Below, in pieces: positions 58,934 to 64,000 of a stretch of 64,000 bases of DNA. This stretch comes from an uncultured Verrucomicrobiae bacterium. Lineage in GTDB: Bacteria > Verrucomicrobiota > Verrucomicrobiia > Chthoniobacterales > Chthoniobacteraceae. The stretch spans positions 544,001 through 608,000 of the forward strand of contig CAWIKF010000002.1 in assembly GCA_963836755.1 (NCBI GenBank). The letters are read 5' to 3'. Position 1 is the first letter of the stretch. The number at the start of each line of letters is the position of its first letter. The notes below the pieces were generated by a model, which did no database searches, was not told the origin of the DNA, and saw only the letters and a program-made list of their open reading frames with translations. Position numbers and translations under genes: made by a program.

Positions 58934-59782
58934 ATGAACTACTCCAAAAAGTTTGGCATTAAACCGGGAACCGACGTGCGGATGAAAGACTTTGATCCGG
59001 GGTTTGGAAATAAATGCGGGAACAAACGCTCCGCGCGGTCGAAGACCGCGAAGCTGCAACAGCGGATGGACGAGTTGCAGTTTCAGCTCTACGCGGAACA
59101 AAAGCATTCCTTATTGATCGTTCTGCAAGCTCCCGACGCGGGCGGAAAGGACGGTGTGGTCCGGCACGTCATCGGTTCGATGAACCCACAGAGCTGTCGC
59201 GTGGTGAGTTTCAAGGAACCGTCCACGGAAGAACTCTCGCATGACTTTTTATGGCGTGTGGAGAAGCAGACGCCCAAGCGCGGCGAGGTCGTGATCTTCA
59301 ACCGTTCGCACTACGAAGATGTGCTTATCGTGCGGGTTCACGACTTGGTCCCAAAGAAGGTGTGGTCGAAGCGCTACGAACTAATCAATAACTTCGAGCA
59401 ACGTCTCGTGGCGAACGGCACGCGCATTCTCAAGTTTTTCCTGCACATCAGCCCGGAAGAACAACTGCGCCGGTTCAAGGACCGGCTCGACGATCCTGCG
59501 CGGCGATGGAAGATCAGCGAGGCGGACTATTCGGAGCGCAAATACTGGGATGATTACACCGCGGCATACGAAGATGTGTTGAGTAAGTGCAGCACGGACG
59601 ACGCGCCATGGTTCGTGATTCCTTCCGACCACAAATGGTTCCGCAACCTGGCGATTTCGCGAATTATCGTCGAGACGATGGAAGGACTCGGCATCGAACT
59701 GCCGGAGCCGACCGTGAACATCCGCGAGATCCGAAAGAAATATCACGCCGCGCGCAACCAAAGCTCGAGGTCTCGCAAGTAG
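58934..59782 (+). CDS. ppk2: Polyphosphate kinase 2 family protein (class III-like)
   Basis: LQAPDAGGKDG, FKEPS..ELSHDFLWR, FNRSHYEDVL, KFFLHIS, APWFVIPSDHKWFRN. Confidence 0.93.
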   Translation: MNYSKKFGIKPGTDVRMKDFDPGFGNKCGNKRSARSKTAKLQQRMDELQFQLYAEQKHSLLIVLQAPDAGGKDGVVRHVIGSMNPQSCRVVSFKEPSTEELSHDFLWRVEKQTPKRGEVVIFNRSHYEDVLIVRVHDLVPKKVWSKRYELINNFEQRLVANGTRILKFFLHISPEEQLRRFKDRLDDPARRWKISEADYSERKYWDDYTAAYEDVLSKCSTDDAPWFVIPSDHKWFRNLAISRIIVETMEGLGIELPEPTVNIREIRKKYHAARNQSSRSRK

Positions 59783-59794
59783 AAGGGCCGCGTC

Positions 59795-59920
59795 ATGAAA
59801 CCGATTCTGACCCTCACGCTGAATCCGACCATCGAAGTGAGTTCATCGGGAAAGACGTTCGCGAGCGGGGAAGCCGCTTGATTCTCGATACCTCCGGTCA
59901 TCCTTGCCGGCTGCTCTGGA
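59795..59920 (+). pseudogene. PfkB/1-phosphofructokinase-family remnant with large internal deletion
   Basis: MKPILTLTLNPTIEVS followed within about 50 nt, in another frame, by GSRLILDTSG. These motifs are normally well over 100 aa apart. Confidence 0.6.
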
Positions 59921-60061
59921 GGTCGGCGTCGAACACGAACCGGCGCAGGAAGCCGGGGCGATGGGGATCATCGAAGCGGGCGCTTGCGAAGCGGAGGTGG
60001 TTCACGCAAGGAAATCTATTTCGGAGATCGTTCCAACATGAGGGCTGGGCGTCCACCACGC

Positions 60062-60127
60062 AATTTCTATGAGGCCTTCATTTTTTCACTTTACACTTTT
60101 TCATCTACCAAGGCCGCGTTCTCGACG
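60062..60127 (-). repeat. Right copy of diverged inverted repeat (pairs with 42928-42992)
   Basis: CTTTACACTTTTT at 60089-60101 is the exact reverse complement of 42954-42966; CTACCA and TTCTCGACG also match. Confidence 0.7.
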
Positions 60128-60293
60128 GCTGTAAAACGTCTCCTACGCTCATCCGTGCGGCTTCTTACGCGGCCTTTTCAGCAGCATTCATGCGTTTTGA
60201 GATTTCATCTGTGTGTAAGACTGCCTCGAAAAGTGAAGGCACTATTGGGGCAGTCTTGAGCAGTTTGTTCGGCTCGCGGCGTATTCGTGATAA

Positions 60294-60485
60294 ATGGAAC
60301 AGCGTCGCGTGGTGAAGGAACCGGTGAAGTCGGCGATCTTTGCCGATACGACGATCGGATTTGGCATCGCCCGTATGTATGCGGAACGGATGAAATGTGC
60401 ATTTATCGATGTGTGCGCGTTTCGAGACGGCGCCGAAGCGGCGGAATGGCTCGGCGTGCCACTGGAAAGCCTCCAGCCGGATTGA
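60294..60485 (+). pseudogene. C-terminal fragment of a small SpoIIAA/STAS-like protein
   Basis: KSAIFADTTIGFGIARMY..AFRDGAEAAEWLG; stops lie immediately upstream. Confidence 0.45.
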
Positions 60486-60597
60486 GCGCGCCCGTCGGTT
60501 TGCCTGCCGGCGTGCCTTTGGTATGAAAGCCCGTGCTGCGCGTGGGCCGAGACAGCGGCAGCTAGCATCAGGATGAGTGTGCGGAAAACGCGCCGCA

Positions 60598-61682
60598 TTA
60601 AAATGTGATCCCGAGCACGACTTCCGCGCCCTGTGTGCGGACGTTGTAGGTAAAGCCGTTCTGGTGATAATCGACTGCGAGAAAGCGGTAGCCGGCCTCC
60701 GCGAAAAGGTTGCGGCTGAGCTGGTAGCCGAGGGCGGCCGAAGCCTGCCAGGTAAGGTCGGAACCGACCCCGAAGCCGCCGATGTCAGCCTTGCCAATGA
60801 GGTAGATTTTCTCGCAGAGATTGTAGCGGGCGCAAAAACCCACATACGGATCGAACCAAGCGTCGGTGCGGGAGAAACGCGTGTCGAGTTTCTCGGTCAA
60901 AGCGTTGGCGATGTCCTTCGCGAGTTTCGCTTTCGCAGCGTCGATTCTTGGCTGGAGGTTCGACGCGATGGCCGCAGCTAATTCCGCCCTGCGCTGGTCG
61001 ATGATGCTCGCGATTTTATCCCGGACAACCCCCGGCAGCCGTCCTGCCAGCGGCCCGTCCGGCAAAGTTGGACGCTGCCCGCCGAGATCTGCGAGTTTCG
61101 AGTCGATGGCCTTTGAGATGGCATCGCGAAGCGCCTGACCCGCGAGCGTGGCCGCATTATCTACAAGTCGCGTGCTAACATCCTTGATGGCGTCTTCATC
61201 CGGGTGGAGGGTGAGCCGTTGGAAGATATTCGTGTAGCGGAAGCCCGCCCTGGCATCCACCCAGCCGCGCTTCCCTTCGAGCACCCGATAACTTACCCCG
61301 AAGTCGGTCTGAATTTGATCCAGACGCACGTCCAGCTTCGACCAGCCCTTCCCCACCGACGCCATCCGACAGGCTCATGTAGAGAAAATCCGCCTGCGCG
61401 CCGAAGCGCCCCTTTCGGACTTCGCCACGGAAGGAACCGACCATGTCAATGTGATGGATGATTTTGTCTGCGTTCACATTCACCCATGAGACTTGATCTC
61501 CAATGCCGACATCGCCTTTGATCCCGGCGATCCAGCCGGGCATCGAGAGCTTGTATTTTCCATGGGTCCTTCGCGGGCGGCGGGGCGATGGCCTTGTTGT
61601 CGTCGCCCGCGAAGGCCGTCGCGCCGAACACGAGGCCGGTGACGAGGAGACTTCGGGCCATTGCGGATTGCTTTGGTTTCAT
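60598..61682 (-). pseudogene. Outer-membrane beta-barrel protein split by two frameshifts
   Basis: Signal peptide frame (from 61682), shift near 61557 to PGWIAGIKGDVG.., shift near 61339 to KLDVRLD..WFDPYVG..ADIGGFGVGSDLTWQ..GYRFLAVDY..LGITF (terminal Phe). Confidence 0.8.
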
Positions 61683-61735
61683 GGTTATCTTTTTTGTTTA
61701 TTCAGACTGTGATGTTTCGTCGTGCGGACCCGCCG

Positions 61736-61860
61736 GCAGACGTCGCGAAAGCGCATCGGGACGTTTACCCAGACCGCGGAGACGCTCACCGTCCGCGCTG
61801 GGACGTTTTCCGAGAGGAAAAGACGGTTTCGACCTCCGCGCGGACGTTTCGCGTTCGGAC
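61736..61860. repeat. Degenerate ~21-bp periodic array with GACG(TTT) core
   Basis: GACG at 61739, 61760, 61781, 61802, 61822 and 61843. Confidence 0.5.
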
Positions 61861-61946
61861 TATCAGGTTTCCGATCAATAGGTGGAAATCGCCGCTCCTA
61901 ATCACGGTGCAGAGGTTCTTTGTCGGTTCTGAATTTGGGGGTGAAC

Positions 61947-63881
61947 CTACCTCGCCGGGGTATACCAGATCGGCGAGGTGTAGGCGCGCTCGGTGGTGGT
62001 CATGGGGACTTCCGGGGGCATTTTGATGCCGTAGTATTTCGCATCGTAGGCGGTCCACCGTGGGGTGGGGATTTCGATGACGCGGCCGTAGTAGAAGGAG
62101 CGCTGCGCGGGGTCGAAATCGGGGTCTTTCCAGACGGCGATGAGTTCGGGGGCGCCGATGGTGTTGGTCCACGAGGCGTTCGGGATATCGACGGTGCTGC
62201 CGACCGGCGGCAGCTTGCCATCCGCGCCGGGTTTGCGGTCCCCGCTCCACGCTACGTCATAAACTTTCTCCTGAGTCTCACCCTTCGCATCCAGCCAGCC
62301 TTTGATGATCTGGTAGCGGTCGAGATTGGCACCGATCGGGTCCTTGAGCGCGGCGACGAGGAAGGTGATGGTCTTGCCCTGCGGCGCGGCGCTGAGGTCG
62401 CCGCCCATCGGGACGCCTTTGGTATAGCCGATCTTTGCGGGCATGCGGTTGTTGGCGTCAGCCGGCTCGAAGTCGAAGCCGCCGAAGAAGCGGACGGCCA
62501 TGCGCGGGCCGGTGGTGGCGTAGGTCTCGCGGCGCTTCATGGCGTCGAAGATGGATTCGCGGGTATTCTCCTGCGCCCAGACGGCGGCATAGCCGGAGGA
62601 GGTCTGCTCCCAGCCCATGATGACGGCCTTGTCCGTCTTCACGAACGGGTGCGAGGTGCGGTCCGCGCTCGGCTCGGAGCTGGTGGTCTTGCCCATGAAG
62701 TTGTCCTCTTCCACGGCGGCGAGGGCGGTGTGCGCATCGGTGCTGCCGACCACGCCGAATTTGTAGGGATTGACGCCGAGCTCGGTTTCGAGCTTGAGGC
62801 CGTTCTTGAAGGCGGAGCGGGCGTATTCGAATTCCAGCATCTCGGGCTTCTTCAACTCGGTGAGGTCGAGGTTGCCCTTGTCCCAGCGCTCGAAGTTCGC
62901 GAACTCATCATTCGGCGAAAGGAAGGGGTGCGTCTCGCCGTCGCCCTTGATCTGCGTGATCTCGTAGAGCGGCTCCCAGCGCATGCGGCTCTCGGCATAC
63001 TCGCGGTCGATCTTCTTCCCGGTGAAGGACTCGATGATCGGGAACATGCGCCCGTTGCTCAGGTTGCCGTTGTGCGCGAGCGCGAGGATTTGCGCGCCGG
63101 ATTTCTCTTCACACATGGCCATCCATTTCCAGAGGTCGCGCGGATTCGGACTGCCGAGCGGCGGCTGGGTGGTGAAAGGCTCGACGAGACTGGCCTTCCG
63201 TCCATCGTCGCGAAAGATGATGTTGCGATGGAGGTTGTTGCCGCCGGCATTCGAGGTCCACTCGTAGCCGATGAAGGCGGTGAAGCGGCCGGGCTCGTTT
63301 GCCTCGTCCGCGGCCTTGATGACCTCCTGCCAGGCATTGCGATACGAGGAGGTGCCGGGCAGCGGCCATCCTTTGGGCAACTGGCCTTTGCCAAAGCTGG
63401 TGACGATGTCCACCGCCGCCTTCGCACCCTGGCCGGATTGGATCTCGTCATACCATTTACGGCCTTGCGGAGTCGCTAGAAGTGCGGGGTCGCCGCCGAT
63501 CAATTGAGGGAAAAAGCCAAAGCCGTCCGAATGATCTGCCACGACTTGGAAATCCAGAGGACGAGAGAGCTTAACGCGCTGTCCACTCGACGCCGTGATC
63601 TCCTCACCTTTGGCAAAACGATAGGCGTCCTTTGGGCCAAGCCGACAACCGAAAGCACCCGCGTCCACCGAGAATGACGTGTGCGTGTGCGTGTCGCCGA
63701 AGAGAGGGCGCGTGGGGAAGTTGCGGCCCGCGTAAGGCGAATACGGGGGCTTCGCGGGGAACACTTTGGCGGCAGTTTCGGCGTCGAGCGTGCCGATGTC
63801 GGTGGTGGTTTCCGGTTCCGCCGCAAAGAGGGGCAGCGCGAGGCTGGCGGCGAGGATGGCGAGGATGCGTGTAGTTTTCAT
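61947..63881 (-). CDS. Exported DUF3604-family protein (PHP-like metal-binding)
   Basis: Signal peptide; FGDTHTHTSFSVDA, ADHS, IGYEWT, NLHRN, HNGNLSNG, GSTDAH, ERAYTSPIWY. Confidence 0.88.
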   Translation of the reverse strand: MKTTRILAILAASLALPLFAAEPETTTDIGTLDAETAAKVFPAKPPYSPYAGRNFPTRPLFGDTHTHTSFSVDAGAFGCRLGPKDAYRFAKGEEITASSGQRVKLSRPLDFQVVADHSDGFGFFPQLIGGDPALLATPQGRKWYDEIQSGQGAKAAVDIVTSFGKGQLPKGWPLPGTSSYRNAWQEVIKAADEANEPGRFTAFIGYEWTSNAGGNNLHRNIIFRDDGRKASLVEPFTTQPPLGSPNPRDLWKWMAMCEEKSGAQILALAHNGNLSNGRMFPIIESFTGKKIDREYAESRMRWEPLYEITQIKGDGETHPFLSPNDEFANFERWDKGNLDLTELKKPEMLEFEYARSAFKNGLKLETELGVNPYKFGVVGSTDAHTALAAVEEDNFMGKTTSSEPSADRTSHPFVKTDKAVIMGWEQTSSGYAAVWAQENTRESIFDAMKRRETYATTGPRMAVRFFGGFDFEPADANNRMPAKIGYTKGVPMGGDLSAAPQGKTITFLVAALKDPIGANLDRYQIIKGWLDAKGETQEKVYDVAWSGDRKPGADGKLPPVGSTVDIPNASWTNTIGAPELIAVWKDPDFDPAQRSFYYGRVIEIPTPRWTAYDAKYYGIKMPPEVPMTTTERAYTSPIWYTPAR

Positions 63882-63902
63882 GGTTGGATTGGCTGCGGAT
63901 TT

Positions 63903-64000
63903 TTAGAAAAGGGAGATGCGCTGGATGACCCAAAACATCGCGACCGAGCCGATGGCATACGGTGGCAAAAGCTCGGCCCAGCGCGGAAGCGGCACGCGGA
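63903..64000 (-). CDS. HupE/UreJ-family membrane protein, C-terminal end (continues past the window)
   Basis: RVPLPRWAELLPPYAIGSVAMFWVIQRISLF*; this family is commonly found next to DUF3604 genes. Confidence 0.65.
   Translation of the reverse strand, partial: RVPLPRWAELLPPYAIGSVAMFWVIQRISLF

Larger units (their letters stand above)
41491..60257. mobile_element. Decaying tRNA-Ser-anchored genomic island (right boundary uncertain, may extend past the window)
   Basis: Att-like repeats after the tRNA, AT-richer fragments, integrase remnant at about 51.2 kb, many pseudogenes, flanking inverted repeat. Confidence 0.6.

Noticed and set aside
61920..63479. 519-aa plus-strand ORF
   Set aside because: Antisense shadow of the DUF3604 gene.

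Overview
Window from a GC-rich bacterial chromosome, most likely Verrucomicrobiota (Chthoniobacterales-like). This is an inference from the murC-murB fusion, the murD-LysM-ftsW order, the FtsZ tail, and the PilD and integrase styles. Bases 1-41.4 kb are core genome: an esterase cut by the window edge, two tandem secreted NlpC/P60-CHAP-like paralogs, a MalK-type ATPase, xylA, a complete dcw cluster (mraZ to ftsZ) with two tightly coupled unannotated small ORFs, a KS/chain-length-factor-like pair, a circularly permuted ATP-grasp/alpha-E pair, a Tat-leader SDR, a 21-bp palindromic tandem array, pilD, lepA, a GH29 fucosidase and tRNA-Ser(CGA). From the tRNA 3' end onward the DNA looks like a decaying genomic island, with att-like repeats, a tyrosine-integrase remnant and about eight broken genes. 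The island still carries intact ion/pH-stress genes: kdpA-B-(small ORF)-C-D-E, a ZIP transporter, a secreted double-Hsp20 protein, a P3A-type H+-ATPase, GH130 and PPK2. This cargo is bracketed by a diverged inverted repeat (about 42.93 kb and 60.13 kb). The window ends in a DUF3604/HupE-UreJ/outer-membrane-protein cluster. No CRISPR array or rRNA was seen. All calls come from motif reading by eye; no searches were run.
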